Position numbers and translations under genes: made by a program. This document shows positions 1 through 14,986 of a stretch of DNA of 64,000 bases, piece by piece. This DNA is from Dictyostelium discoideum (taxonomy: Eukaryota). Where the stretch lies: NCBI GenBank assembly GCA_000004695.1, contig CM000150.2, positions 4,320,001 through 4,384,000 on the forward strand, read 5' to 3'. Each line of letters starts with the position of its first letter. Position 1 is the first letter of the stretch. The notes below the pieces were generated by a model. It ran no database searches, was not told where the DNA came from, and saw nothing but the letters and a program-made list of their open reading frames with translations.

Positions 1-1235
<1,235 letters not shown>

Positions 1236-1907
1236 TTTTAGTAAAAGCGTTTATATATATATAATAAATATATAATATATAAACTTTTTTTACACAAATA
1301 ATATTAAAATAAAAAAAATAAAAAAAATAAAAAAATAAAAAAAAAAAAACTAAAAAAAAATTAAAAAATTAAAAAATTTTTTAAAAAAAAAAAAAAAAAA
1401 AAAGGCAAAATATCTTCAAAAAAAAAAAAAAAAAAAATAAAATAAATAAAAAGAAAAATTGAAACAATTTTTGAAAATTCGGAATGTCAACCCCTTTTGT
1501 CAACACATTTTTTTAGTCAATTTTTTTTTATTTTGGTTAATCGCTCACAAATAAATATCAGATTGAGTTTATAAATAGGTTTTAAACATATAAGAGGGAC
1601 TTTAAAATAAAAAACAATTACAAAAAATGAATGATAAATAAATTCTAAAAATTTTTGATAAAAAAAAAAAAACAGAATGGTTACATTCATTTTTTTATAT
1701 TTTTATATATCATTTTGTGTATTTTTGAGTGCTCTATTTTTATATTCTATATTCATATTAAAAATAAAAAAAATTTAATCATTGTTTAAAAAAAAAAAAT
1801 TAATGAAAAAAAAAAAAAAAAAAATGAAAATCTCAGATTTCTTTTTGGTTTTTTTATTTTTTCCCCTCCTCCATATTAATTTTGAAATTATTGGATTTAT
1901 TTATTTA

Positions 1908-3986
1908 TTATTTTTGAATTAAAAATAATTCATCTAATTCAGATTTTGTAACAGTAGCAGGTGAAGAAGTCATTAATTCTTTACCACCAGAAGTTTTTGG
2001 AAAAGCAATAACATCACGAATTGAATTTGAATTTACTAATAGTGAACATAAACGATCAAAACCTAAAGCAATACCACCATGTGGTGGACAACCCATTGAA
2101 AGTGCAGTTAAAAGATGATTGAAACGTTGGACCATGTGTGGTTCCAATTTTAATACTTTTTCTAAAACACGTAATTGTACATCAGAGTTATGAATACGAA
2201 TTGAGCCACCACCCAATTCAACACCATTTATAACGATATCATAATGTTGGCCTCTAATCTTTGAATAATCAGATGGAGTTGATAATGGATTTAACAATAG
2301 ATCAATATCCTCTGGATGAGGAGCTGTGAATGGATGATGGGTTGATAATAGTGCTGATTGTTCATTCATGTAATCTGATGGAGTGAATAATGGGAAATCT
2401 ACAACCCACAAGAAATTGAATTGTTGTGGATCTAATTTTAATAAATTCAACTCTTTTAATAGATTTGCACAATAAATTCTAGTTTTACCAAGTGTTGATT
2501 CAACTTGGAATCTTGGACCAACACTAATTAATAAAACATCACCTTCTTTTAAATTCATTCTTTCAGTGATTAAAGTCTTTTCTTGTTCCGATATACTCTT
2601 TGAAATTAAAGATTTCCATTCATTATTTGATTTAATTTGTACAGTGATTATTGAATTTGATTCTGTAGTGATTTGATCAAGATGTTTGGATTTTAAAGTT
2701 GGTAAAACTTGATCTAATTTTATGCATTTAATGACAGGTTTAGATTCTTTGAAATTGTTTGATGCTTGAGATAATGCATTTTTAAATAGATTAATATTAG
2801 TTTCATCCTTATTGAAACAGTCTGTAATATCGACGAGTTTCATGTCATAACGAGTGTCAGGCTTATCAATACCATAGGTTGATAGAACTTGCTCATAGGT
2901 GTAGAATGGGAACTCATAGTCAATGTTGAAACCAGCCTCTTTCCAAAGTGTTTTAACCAATCCTTCAATGATACGATAAATCATTTGAGTATTTACAAAT
3001 GAAAGTTCCATATCGATTTGAGTGAATTCAGGTTGTCTATCTGAACGTAAATCTTCATCACGATAACAACGTGCCAATTGGAAATATCTGTCAATACCAC
3101 CTACCATAAGTAACTGTTTATATTGTTGGGGTGACTGTGGCAAGCTGTAGAATTGGCCTTGGTGTCTGGTTGGCACCAAATACTCTCTTGCACCCTCTGG
3201 TGTTGGTCTAAAGAGTGTTGGTGTTTCAACTTCAATGAATTGTTGATTGATTAAATAGTTTCTTGCTGCCATTGCTACCTTTGATCTTAATCTGATATTA
3301 CTTTGAACTTTGTCTCTTCTCAAATCAACATAACGATACTTTAATCTTAATTCCTCAGATACCGCAGTTGAATCATGTTCCACTGTAAATGGTAAATCCA
3401 CACAATTATTCAACAATTGTAATTGGTCAACTGAAATTTCAATTTCACCAGTTGACATATTCTTATTTACCATACGTTCTGGTCTTGCTATAACTTTACC
3501 TTTAATTGAAACAATTGATTCTAATTTAAAAAGTTTAATATTCTCTTCAATACTATTACGCTCATTTATATCAATATTTGGAACACTTGATTTTAATATA
3601 CATTGTTGTTTTAAATCAACATAACATTGAACTTTACCATGTCCATCTCTAATCACTAAAAATACGTTATCTCCTAAATTTCTTAATGAATTAATCCAAC
3701 CATAAATTATAACTTCTTTACCAATATCTTTACTTGTAATTTCACCACATGAATGACTTCTTTCAATAATATTTAAAATTTTATTATTTATATTTTCATT
3801 TTTATTATTATTTATGGTATTTGTAAAATTTCTTTTATTAAATTGATTAATTTGTTGATTTTTTATTATCGATGTGGTTGATGAAGTTGTGATATTTAAT
3901 AATGATAAACAATTTTTGTTTTTAATTATTGGTTTATTTAAAACATTTAAAAATATTTTAGAATCTTTTAATATTACTCGATTCAT
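1908..3986 (-). CDS. maspS: Aspartyl-tRNA synthetase, mitochondrial-type (bacterial-like class IIb), single exon, 692 aa
   Basis: Continuous ORF with ATG at 3986. Class II aaRS motifs are present: FRPTPEGAREYLVP, GGIDRYFQLARCYRDEDLRSDRQPEFTQIDMELSF, GGGSIRIH, GLAxGxDRL. An N-terminal OB-fold follows a basic Asn-rich presequence consistent with mitochondrial targeting. Confidence 0.9.
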   Translation of the reverse strand: MNRVILKDSKIFLNVLNKPIIKNKNCLSLLNITTSSTTSIIKNQQINQFNKRNFTNTINNNKNENINNKILNIIERSHSCGEITSKDIGKEVIIYGWINSLRNLGDNVFLVIRDGHGKVQCYVDLKQQCILKSSVPNIDINERNSIEENIKLFKLESIVSIKGKVIARPERMVNKNMSTGEIEISVDQLQLLNNCVDLPFTVEHDSTAVSEELRLKYRYVDLRRDKVQSNIRLRSKVAMAARNYLINQQFIEVETPTLFRPTPEGAREYLVPTRHQGQFYSLPQSPQQYKQLLMVGGIDRYFQLARCYRDEDLRSDRQPEFTQIDMELSFVNTQMIYRIIEGLVKTLWKEAGFNIDYEFPFYTYEQVLSTYGIDKPDTRYDMKLVDITDCFNKDETNINLFKNALSQASNNFKESKPVIKCIKLDQVLPTLKSKHLDQITTESNSIITVQIKSNNEWKSLISKSISEQEKTLITERMNLKEGDVLLISVGPRFQVESTLGKTRIYCANLLKELNLLKLDPQQFNFLWVVDFPLFTPSDYMNEQSALLSTHHPFTAPHPEDIDLLLNPLSTPSDYSKIRGQHYDIVINGVELGGGSIRIHNSDVQLRVLEKVLKLEPHMVQRFNHLLTALSMGCPPHGGIALGFDRLCSLLVNSNSIRDVIAFPKTSGGKELMTSSPATVTKSELDELFLIQK

Positions 3987-4264
3987 TTTTTTTTTTTTTT
4001 AAAAACAAAATAAATTGTTGAAACGAACGAAATGGTTGAATTTTATTTTTTTTTTTTTTTTTAATCACCCAACATTTTTTTTTTTTTTTTTTATTTTGAT
4101 TTTTTTTTTAATTTATTTATTTTTTTTTTTTTTTTTTTTTGGGAAAATTTTACTGAATTTGTGAATTCCCACATCATAATAATTATGTGTAATCCCAATG
4201 AATTTTACCAGGATAATAATGATTTTAATTAAATATTAATTATATTAATAATAAAAATAATAAA

Positions 4265-4270
<6 letters not shown>

Positions 4271-4343
<73 letters not shown>
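4271..4343. repeat. (AAT)n microsatellite
   Basis: Seen directly. It produces the spurious poly-Tyr ORF 4245..4448. Confidence 0.9.
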
Positions 4344-4345
<2 letters not shown>

Positions 4346-4793
4346 TAGTTTTTAAGTTATTTAAAAAAAAATAATATTTATGGGTTGCTTCAATAAATAA
4401 AAAACATAAAAAAAAAAAAAAAAATTCAAAATGTTTGGAAACAGACATAAATCAAATAAATAAATAATTTTTATTTTCCCACACAAAAAAAAAATTATTT
4501 AAAAATTTACTTTAATTATCTTTTTTTATTAAATCGCCGATTCTTCTGATTAATTTTCTGATTTAATTATTTTTTTCTTTTTTCTTTTTTCTTCATTTAA
4601 TTTTTTTATTTTTTTTATTTTTCCAATTTAAAATCTTCATCGTTACATATCTCATCTGCATTAATAAATCGATTTTTGAGAAACTCATCAATATGTTTTA
4701 AACTTTCCCTAAACTTTATAATCCTCTTTTTTTATTCAACATTTTTTTTTAAATCATTGATGATTCAATCCTGAAATGTATGGCGGTATTCCA

Positions 4794-4830
<37 letters not shown>

Positions 4831-5332
4831 TTAAATATAAAAATAATAAAAATAATAGTAATAATGATAATAATAAAAAATTAAAATAAAAAAATTAAAA
4901 AATAATAATAAATAAAAAAAAAAAAATAATAATAATAATAATTTAAAAAAAAAAAAATTAATATTAATTAATTAATAAAAGATAAGATAAATATATATAT
5001 ATCTTTTTTTTTTTTTTTAGAGTTGTTATTATCATCATCATCATCATCATCATCATCTCAATTTTTTTCTTTTTATGTTATGTATCTATATTGTGTTTTA
5101 AATCTCATGGGGGTCACATAGCATCATGATCAAATAAATTAAAATAAAAAAAAAAAATTAAAAGGGTATTTTTAAAAAAAAAACAAAATAAAATAAAATA
5201 AATAAAAAAAAAAGTAAATTAAAAAAATATTAACAATGTTATAAGATTCAGATTTGTCTAGTTTGGAACAATTATAATAATCAAACAATTAATTTTTATT
5301 GTCAAAAACATTCCCACACCCAATCAAACACA

Positions 5333-5366
<34 letters not shown>

Positions 5367-6131
5367 CTAAAATTATAACATGCCATTATTTTTATTTAAA
5401 AGTTATATTAAAATAATTCCTTTATTTAGGTCTTTCTTAATTTAAAAAAAAAAAAAATTCCTTTTTTTTTATTTTATTTTTTTTTTTTATTTATTTTTTT
5501 TTTTATGATTGTTGACACAATCGTACAAAAAATATGAATATATTTTTGTTTTTATTATTATAATGATATCAATAATTAATTAATTATATAATTAAAAAGA
5601 AAAAAAAAAAATAATAATAATAATAATAATAAAAAAGATTTCGAACTGGTATGATGATCAAATTTAATTTAACCCACTACCACTTATATATAACTACCAA
5701 CCACAGAATTGGAATATATATATACATATATCTATTTTTTTTTTAATTTTATTTTAATTTTTTTTCCTTTTTTTTCTTTTGTGGAATTACCCACACAATA
5801 TTGTGAATTAACCACACTCACTCACTCTCTATCATATCAACTACCTACTGTTGTTGTTCCCACCCAACCAAATTAATTTTTGAGTTAGTGAGGGTGGGTA
5901 TATGTTTTTTATTTTTAATTTTTATTTTTTTTTTATTTTTTTTTTATTTTCATTTTGTTGGAAAGATGGTAGTTTGTGTGTGTATGTGCCTCAAAAAAGT
6001 AAAATAATAAGTTTTTTATACACTCCCCTAATATATTAAAAAAATTGGTTATACAAATATACACCCACACTCTCTCAAACACACACTCTATTTTTTTTTT
6101 ATTCATTTAATTATATAATAATTATTTAATC

Positions 6132-6168
<37 letters not shown>

Positions 6169-6626
6169 CTAAACTAAATTAAAAAAAAAATAATAATAAA
6201 ATAATAAAAAAAAAAACATTAATTAATGGGTTTGTTGTAATTCTGTTAATTATTAAATAAATTAAATAATAAATAGTAACAATAAAAAAAAAAATAATAA
6301 AAATAATAATATCATCTCAATAAAGTTCATATATTAAAAAAAATAAAATAAAAAATAAAATAAAATAATTTAATTTAATTTAACATTGGCATTTATTATA
6401 TTATATTTTTTTTTAATTTATAATAAGCGCAGTGTCATATTTAACCAATTAATAGTATAAAATAATTTTTTTTTTTTTAAAAAAAAATAAATTTATAATT
6501 ATAAATACAATAACAATATAATTAGTATAGATAATCAAAAAAATCTTTAAAACAGTTGGTTTACTTTTTTTTTTTTTTTTTTTTAATTTCTTTATTTATT
6601 TGTTTTATTTTTTTTAACAAATATTG

Positions 6627-6668
<42 letters not shown>

Positions 6669-6855
6669 CACTTCATATACATACTTATATAAAAGTACAT
6701 ATAAGTAAATTTATTATATGTTAAAACATATTATTTATAAATTTTATTTATAAATTTTAAAAATTAAACAATTAATAAAAAAAATGGTTTATTTACATTC
6801 TACACACACACAAATACAAATAAATTCGCACACAAAAAAAAAAACACAGTATCCA

Positions 6856-6905
<50 letters not shown>

Positions 6906-7218
6906 ATAACAATAATAAAAAAAAAATTATATTATAATATTTGTGCCACATTAATAAAAAACTCAAGCAATAATAATAATAAAAAATAATAATAATAATA
7001 ATAATATTGAAAATAATAAAAATAATAAAAATAATAATATTTAATAATAAAACTATAATAATAACAAACCAAGGCCAAATATACTATACAATAAAAATTA
7101 TAATAATAAATAATATAATAAAATAATATAATAAATACTAATAATAATTTATTAGAAAATAGAATAAATAAAAAATAGATATTTAAATATTAAATAAAAA
7201 AAAAAATAAAAAAAAAAA

Positions 7219-8630
7219 ATGTATTATATAAATAACTCTACTGTTACAACGACACCAGCGCCAACACAAACCCCATACGACTCGAGAAGGTGTTACTGTG
7301 ATCCAGTATTTCAATTAGAAGAGGGAGAAGAATGTAACCCTGAAGGATGTTTAACATTATCAATTATATTTTTAATATTATATTTAATTCCAATTGTAAT
7401 TTGTATTTCTCGTTTCTATGAAATGAGAAATAGAAAAGATAGTGCATGGTCAATAGTTTCATTAGTTTTCTTATTTATAACAAGTTTGAGTATGTTTTTT
7501 TAAATAATAATTATTTTTCAAAAAAATTAAAAAAAAATTTATCTAAACACTTTTTTAGGTGAAAAAAAAAAAAAAAAAAAAAAAAAATTATCTGTAAAAA
7601 AAAAAAAATACTAATATTATTATTATTATTATTATTATTTAATAAAAAATTTATTATAGTTAGAATAATAAGATCAATATTATTAATAGTTAAATTTGAA
7701 AATTATTTAATTATGGGTCTTACATTTGTTTTACCTTTAGGTATTTTAATTTGTTCATATTTCAATACACTTTATGTTTGGGTTAAAATTATACATCACA
7801 TTAATTTTTCGAAGATGGTATCAAGAGTATTCCCATTCTTAGGTAAAGTTTTAATAGGTTCTCAAATTGTTTTAATGGTTTTATTAATTGCAACATGTTT
7901 AGCTGGTTGGTCGTTTTATGCAACAAATACACTTTTATTAGTTTTCTTGATTTATGGAGGGTAAAAAAAAAATTAAATATATATTATTTATTTTTAGAAT
8001 TATTCATATAGAATTTATATTTATTTATTAACATTTTATATTTATTTTTTTTAAAAAAAAAAAAAAAAAAAAATTAGTGTTGGATGTATTGTATTTGTAA
8101 AAATGATTTGGCAAGAATATAGAGATTTATCAGATAAAGATTGTGGTGTATTCAGTCAAACTAGTCATGAAAGAATTCAAAAAGTTTTAAAATTATCATC
8201 AACTGCAATCGTTATAACAATATTAACAGTTGGTATGGTAATTTGGAGTTTTAAACTTGAAGGTAAATTACCAATGTCTCAAATTTTAGCATATAATTTT
8301 ATTGGTCGTTTCATTGAAATCGTTTGGATTGGTGTAATGTTATTAGTATTAGCACCAAAATTGCAATCATGGGGTCAAAATTCCTCTTCAAGAACAAATA
8401 GAAACTCTAATCTCGATGATTTAAGTGATTCTTCAATTGACATTGAATCAAATGATGATTCTAGTAAAGAAAAAGATTTAACCTCTTGTAATAATAGCTC
8501 AAATTTAAATATTAATACAAATCATAATACTAGTTCAAGTCCAAATGTAAATAATAATTCAAATCAATCTTTAGAAGTTTCTGAAAATTTAAATAACAAA
8601 GATGATTTAATAGGTGGTGCTGATGTTTAA
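7219..8630 (+). CDS. Seven-transmembrane receptor-like membrane protein, about 370 aa; exons 7219..7489, 7660..7960, 8078..8630
   Basis: Three track ORFs join in frame through GTATGT (phase 1) and GTAAAA (phase 2) donors and the ttattatag and aaaattag acceptors. The product has a Cys-containing N-terminal ectodomain (RRCYCDPVFQLEEGEECNPEGC). Seven hydrophobic helices follow. The C-terminal tail is Ser/Asn-rich. Family is not identified. Confidence 0.55.
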
Positions 8631-8689
8631 ATATATAATTTAAATATATTTATTTCTTATTATTATTTTTTTTTTTTCTATATATCTAA

Positions 8690-8720
<31 letters not shown>

Positions 8721-8738
8721 GAAAATTTAAAATTAGAA

Positions 8739-8770
<32 letters not shown>

Positions 8771-8924
8771 AGTATAAAAAAAAAAAGAAAAAAAAAACAA
8801 AAGAAATAAACAAAAAGTAATTAAAAAAAAAAAAAAACTTTTAAACTAAATCAAATTAAGAAATTAAAGGAAATCTCTCTCTAACTCTCTCTCTCCTCCA
8901 ATAAAGATATTGTATTAAGAAAAG

Positions 8925-8969
<45 letters not shown>

Positions 8970-9079
8970 AACAAATTGTGTATATATATTTTTAATATTT
9001 ATTTATTTTTAGATTATTTTTTTTTTTTTTTTTAGATTTTTAGATTTTTAGATTTTTTTTTTAAAATTTTTTTTATTTT

Positions 9080-11224
9080 TTAATGGAACCATTTTTTCTT
9101 CTTTTGAGCATGTTCAGTTGGATTTGATTTATTTTTAAGATAATTATTTGCTAATTGATCAAATGATTCTTCAGATTTTCTTTTTTTAGAAGCAGCATCA
9201 ATAATATTTTGAGGTCTATTTAATAAAATTGATTTATCTTTAGGAATTGTAGTTGAAGTATGAATTGGTTTACCATTTATAAGTTGTTGTTTTTGTGGTG
9301 GTTTTTGTTGTTGTGGTTTTGATATAAATTGTTTAGTTGGTGGTTGTGGTTGTTGTTGTTGTTGTTTATGTTTTTTAATTAATTTTTCTTGAATTTTTTG
9401 AGTAATTTTTGGTTTTTTTGAATTCATATCTTTTAATTGTTGTTGTAATTTCTTCTTTTCAACTACTAATTGTTTTTGTTCATTTAAAGCATCGACATCA
9501 ACACCCTGTGATTCTAATTTAGCTCTTTGTTCTCTCTTCTTTTCTCTTTGTCTTTGACCTCTTGATAATTTCTTTTCAACTGGAATTGGTTTACCATTTT
9601 CATCTAGAGGTTGTTCTTTTCTTTGTTGTTTCTTTAAGATTGAACGTTCAATTTTTTGTTGTTGTTGTCTTTTAGCTTGTTTTTCTAAATAAATATTTTG
9701 TTTTTTAACAGCACGAGCATCTTCAACTGCAAATTGAGTGAATAAACGTTGACCTTTAGATTTTAAATTTGAAGGTGAAAAGAAGATCTTTGAATTGTTA
9801 TTGGTTTTATGAAGAATTTCAAGAGCACCTTGATGAGTTGAACATTCGATGAATGCGAAACCCTTGGATTTTGCTTTACCTTGAGCATTGACTCTTTCAT
9901 TGTCACAGGCTACTTTGGCAAATACAACCTTGTCTTTAATATTGGCAGTTTTTAATATTTTCATTGTGGCATTCTTTAAGATTGTATCGGTTACATGTAA
10001 TGGGAGATTTCTAATACATAAACGGGTTGGAGAAACGTAATAATTTGGATTAACTTTTAATTTTGTTTGATTCTCTTTATCAGCTTGGTTTCTTAATGCC
10101 CAATCTTTTTCATCCAATTCTTTACCTTCGGCAGAGTTTTGAATGATTTTACCAATGTTTAATAAATGTTTGTTCTTTTTATCGACATTTTCAACTTTCT
10201 TCTCTTTGTATGCTGTTGCTTGTTGATGATCAACTGCATAGCATACTACTAAACATCTACCATCCAACATGACACCACCTTGAAGTAATGATGAAACGGA
10301 TAATGAATTCTTTTTACTCTCTTTTTTACTATCCTTTTGATTTTTATTGATCTTGTCTTCCAATGATAAATCATATAATGGTGTACTTGAACATGCTTCA
10401 ACTGCTCTACGAGCATCATCTTGTTCATGATACTTTACAAATGCTTTACCTGTTGGTTTTTGTGTTAACTTATCCAATACTAATCTACAAAATACTAATT
10501 TACCATACTCTTCAAATTTAGCTCCTAAATCTTCTTCTTTTGTATCAAATGCCAAATTTCTAATAAATAATGTTTTTAATTCATCAACTTCTTTTTCTAA
10601 AAAAAAATAAATAAAAATAAATTAATAAATAAATATTTATTTTTAAATATATATATATACTTACTATTTCTAGTATGATCAATAGCCATTTTCTTTTTAA
10701 CATCTAATTTGCTTTCTTTTTTATCACCTTCACCATCTTCATCATCTTCATCATCTTCTCCTTCTTCCATATTATCATCATCTTCATCTTCTTCGTCATC
10801 TTCATCTTCATCATCATCATCAGTTTCTTCTTTCATTTCTTCATCTTCATTCTCATCTTTATTATCTTCTTTATCTTCATCTTCCTCATCTTCATCATCA
10901 TCATCATCATTATCTTTATTTTCTTTAGAATCTTGTTTTTGTTGTTGTTGTTTATCAAATTGTAATTGTTGATAATCATTTTGTTTAAGTGACCAATCAA
11001 TAACGATTTGTCTAGTGTGTATTTTTTCATTATTACATTCTTTAAGTACTTTTTCACTAGATTCTCTTTCTTTAAATGTTAAAAATGCAAAACCTCTTGG
11101 TGTATTTGTTCCTGGTTTTGTTGGTACTTTAACTAAAATTAATTGACCATAACTAGAAAATTTTTCAACAAGAAATTGAATATTTGTCTATTGGGAGGAG
11201 GAAGAGGGGTGAGAGGAAAATAAA

Positions 11225-11256
<32 letters not shown>

Positions 11257-11994
11257 AAAAAGAGAAATCTCTCTATTAATAAACTAAAATAAATAAATTA
11301 AAATAGTAATAATAATAATAAATAGACATACATTAAAACTTAAATTACGAATAATTAATTCATTTGCTTTTAAATTATCATTTTCGACAGCATATAAAAC
11401 TGATTTACCATTATTTTGTTTATTTTTAGTTAATTTTGTAACTACTTGTTTTAAATTTTCTTGATTTTCACAAACGATTCTAATTGCATCATTTGAATGT
11501 GGAATTGAATAAACTGCTTTAATAGTATCTTTCTTTAAACTAAGGAAATTTGAAACAAATACTTTCTCTGCAACTAAATTATTTGCAATTACTGAAAATT
11601 CTTTCTTTGTATTATATTGTTTAACTATTGGTTCTTCTGGTGTAGTGGTAGTAGTAGTAGTAGTTGCAGTTGTAGTATCTTTTGAATCTTTTGAATCTTT
11701 TGAATCTTTTGAATCTTTTGAATCTTTCTTTGATAATTTCTCTTTTGCAATAGAAACATGAATAATTTTACTTTTTAATTGTTTATTATTTTTTTCTTTA
11801 ATTGCTTTTTCAGCATGTTCAGCTAATGCATACCAAACGTATGCAATACCACTACAAACTTTTTCACCCTTTTCATTTTGTTTTGTAACTATAAAACATC
11901 TTTTTAATGGACCAATATCTGAAAAGAAATTTTCAAGATCTTCATTGGTTGTATCTGGTGTTAAACCTTTTACAAAAACTTGTTTATTATTCAT
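9080..11994 (-). CDS. Nucleolar multi-RRM RNA-binding protein (RBM28/Nop4-like); exons c(11332..11994), c(10665..11187), c(9080..10596)
   Basis: RRM1 (VFVKGLTPDTTNEDLENFFSDIGPLKRCFIV...GIAYVWYA), RRM2 (LIIRNLSFN|TNIQFLVEKFSSYGQLILVKV...RGFAFLTFKE), RRM3 (LFIRNLAFDTKEEDLGAKFEEYGKLVFCRLV...GKAFVKYHE) and RRM4 (KGFAFIECSTHQGA). An acidic D/E stretch and a Lys-rich C-terminus are also present. Introns are GTATGT...caatag (phase 0) and GTAAGT...ttttag (phase 1). Confidence 0.7.
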
Positions 11995-12328
11995 TATTAT
12001 TGATTTGATTTGATTTAATTTTGATTAATAATAATTATAATACTAATAATAAAAATAAAAACAATCGATAATTGGAATGAAAAAAAAAAAAAAATTAAAA
12101 AACGAAGCTTTCGTCGTGAATTTTATTTTTATTTTTTTTAATTTTAATTTTTTTTTATTTTTTATTTTTAATTTTTTTTTGTGTGAAAAAACGATGGGGA
12201 TTTTTTTATTTTTTATTTTTCCAACTTTTTTTTTTTTTTTTCCAACTTTTTTTTTTCCAAACAAATTTTATTATAAATTTGATTTGATTTTTTTTATCTT
12301 CTTTTTTTTTATTTTTTTTTTTTTATTT

Positions 12329-14911
12329 TTAAAAGAAATCTTCATAATCTTCATCTTTTGTTACGAGTGCATTTGGTTCGTTGTCATCATCATCATTGTC
12401 ATTAAATTTAATGGTTGAAGATGGTGGTATTGGTTGAGATTTTGAATTAATTGATGGTGATTTTGGTTTTGAAATTGGAATATTATCATCATCATCATCA
12501 TCTGAACTATCTATATTTTTTTTAACATGTGGATTAAAACTATCATCATCTGATTCTTCATCTTTAAATTTAACTGGTTTAGATTTTGGTTTTGAAATTT
12601 CTGTTGTTTGCTTTTTTACAATTGGTGGCATTATTGTTGTAGTTGTATTAATTTTTGGTGAAGATGATAAAGGAATTGGGTTCATCTTTGGTGAAGAAGA
12701 AGAAGAAGAGTTTGGTGACATTGGAGTAATTTTTGGTGAAGATGATAAAGGAATTGAATTCATTTTTGGTGATGATGACGGTTTTGGTGATAATGATGAT
12801 GTTGTTTGAGTTGAAGTTGGTGAATATGATAATTTTGGTGAGGGAGAAGAAGATTTAATTGGTGGTGATTTCTTTGTTACAGGTTTTTTAATTTCTTCAT
12901 CGTAATCAATATCTTTTGCAACTAAAGGGTTAAAATCATCTTCATCAGAATCATCATTAAATTTAATATTTGATGGTTTTTTATTATTATTATTACTATT
13001 ATTTACAAAACTATTATTTTTAAAGGCATCATCATCATCATCATCATCATCAAATTTAACTTCACTATTGCCAAACGGATTAAAATCATCTAAAGTTGAT
13101 GTATTTACTGATGATTTTTTATTACTATTTATTGTTGCCGTTGCTTTTGATGTCGATGGTGGTGGTGGTGTTGAAGTAACCTTTTTATCATCATCTTTTG
13201 GTTTAGATTGTGATGGTGAGGATTGACTTGAATTTGATGATGGTTTTTGTTGTGTAGAGGTTGTAGATGGAGATGTGGCAATTTTTGCTATTGATGGTTG
13301 TGGTTGTGATGATGTAGTGGAAGTAATTTTTTGTGATTGTTTTTGAGTTGTTGGTGGCGGTTTTTGTTGTGTAGTTTGTTGTTTCTTTTGTGATTTTGTT
13401 GGAGTTTTAGCTGAATAGAAATCATCTTCTTCTTTTGAAACCCAAGGATTATTATCACCATCATCATCGTCATCATCACTTCCAAATTTATCATTAAATT
13501 GTTGTTGTTGTTTATTTCCACCAGTAATAATATTCTTTAAGAAAGTAGTTTTTGAAGTTTTTTCACCATAGAAATCATCATCATCATATCCACCTGCAAC
13601 AAATTCATCAACACTTGATAATACTTTTGGCATTGCTGCAACTACTGATTTATTTTGTTGTATTTGTTTTTGCTGCTGCTGTTGTTGTTCTTGTTGTTGT
13701 TGTTGTTGTTGTTGCTGTTGTATTTGTTGTGAAGTTGACAAATTTGGTTCAGATTTTGAAAATAATCTTGAAAAGAAAGAACCTGATGAAGAAGTACTTG
13801 GTTGTGGTTGTTGTGGTGGTGATGATGAATTTGGTTTTGGTGTTGGTGATACTTGTGCAGGTGTTGGAGTTAGTTGTGATGGTATTGGTTGTGGTAATGG
13901 TATTGGTTGTGGTAATGGTTGATGTGGTTGCTGTATTTGTTGTGGTGGTTGTTGTTTTTGTTGTGTAATTCTCTTAATATGATTATTATAATCAGATTCT
14001 TTTAACATTATTGATAATTCATCTTTTGAAGATTGTAATTCAATTTTATTTCTTTCCAATTGTTGTATTAGTGATTTTCTTTGAATCTCTAGGAATGGTA
14101 TATTAAAGAATCTAACGATGTTTTGTAAACCATATGCATTTAACATTGAAGCTTCAATATGGGTGACATTATCCCTTGAATTGATTAATGTATCTATATC
14201 AGCATAAGTTACAATCGAATTCTTATCTTGAATATTATTATAAATTCCAATTGGATTTCTATCACGAAAGTTTGAAATTATTAAAATGAATTTATCAATT
14301 GGTACTTTATTAAACTCCTTTTCAATATATTTGAATGTCCATCGCTTTGATGGATCCATCATAAATATTACAGCATTAACATTTTTATATACATTAATGG
14401 TTTTTGAATCTAATCCACCAATTTTAAAACTACCTTTACCTTTAAATTTATTCATATCTGTTAATAATTTTGGATCGAATATATCTTCATTATTATTATT
14501 ATCATCATCATCATCATCATCATCAAAAAATGATTCATCAATTTTTTCATTATCATTATCATTATTATTATTATTTGATCTTTGTTGTGATTTATTTGAT
14601 GTTTTTAATGTGGTTGATGTTTTATTACTACTACTACTATTAGTGTTTGCAACATCTACTATATCCCAAATTTCAACATCTACAATATCATCTGTGTCTA
14701 TAAATATAATAATATTAATTAAAAAATGTTCATTCATATGAACTATTTATTATAAATAATAAATACAAACTTTTATAATCCCAATTAATATGTGATATTT
14801 GTATTTCTGGTGTTGGTGTATATAATTCTTTAAATGGTAATCCTTGAAGTCTATTAAATAATGATGTTTTGCCTGTATTTCTATCACCTTTAATAATAAA
14901 TTTCACTGTGA

Positions 14912-14986
<75 letters not shown>

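Noticed and set aside
4245-4448. 67-aa ORF that is almost entirely poly-Tyr
   Set aside because: Translation of an (AAT)n microsatellite on the opposite strand. No start context. Pure repeat.
10709-10972. Poly-Ser ORF on + strand
   Set aside because: Antisense reading of the acidic D/E-rich coding stretch of the RBM28-like gene on the minus strand.
12043-12418. Overlapping Phe/Lys-rich ORFs
   Set aside because: Poly(T)/poly(A) intergenic sequence read in frame. No coding signal.
13288-13968. ORFs 13288..13521(-) and 13552..13968(+) rich in V/H/N/L
   Set aside because: Alternative-frame and antisense readings of the CAA/CCA/low-complexity region of the RABL6-like 3' exon.
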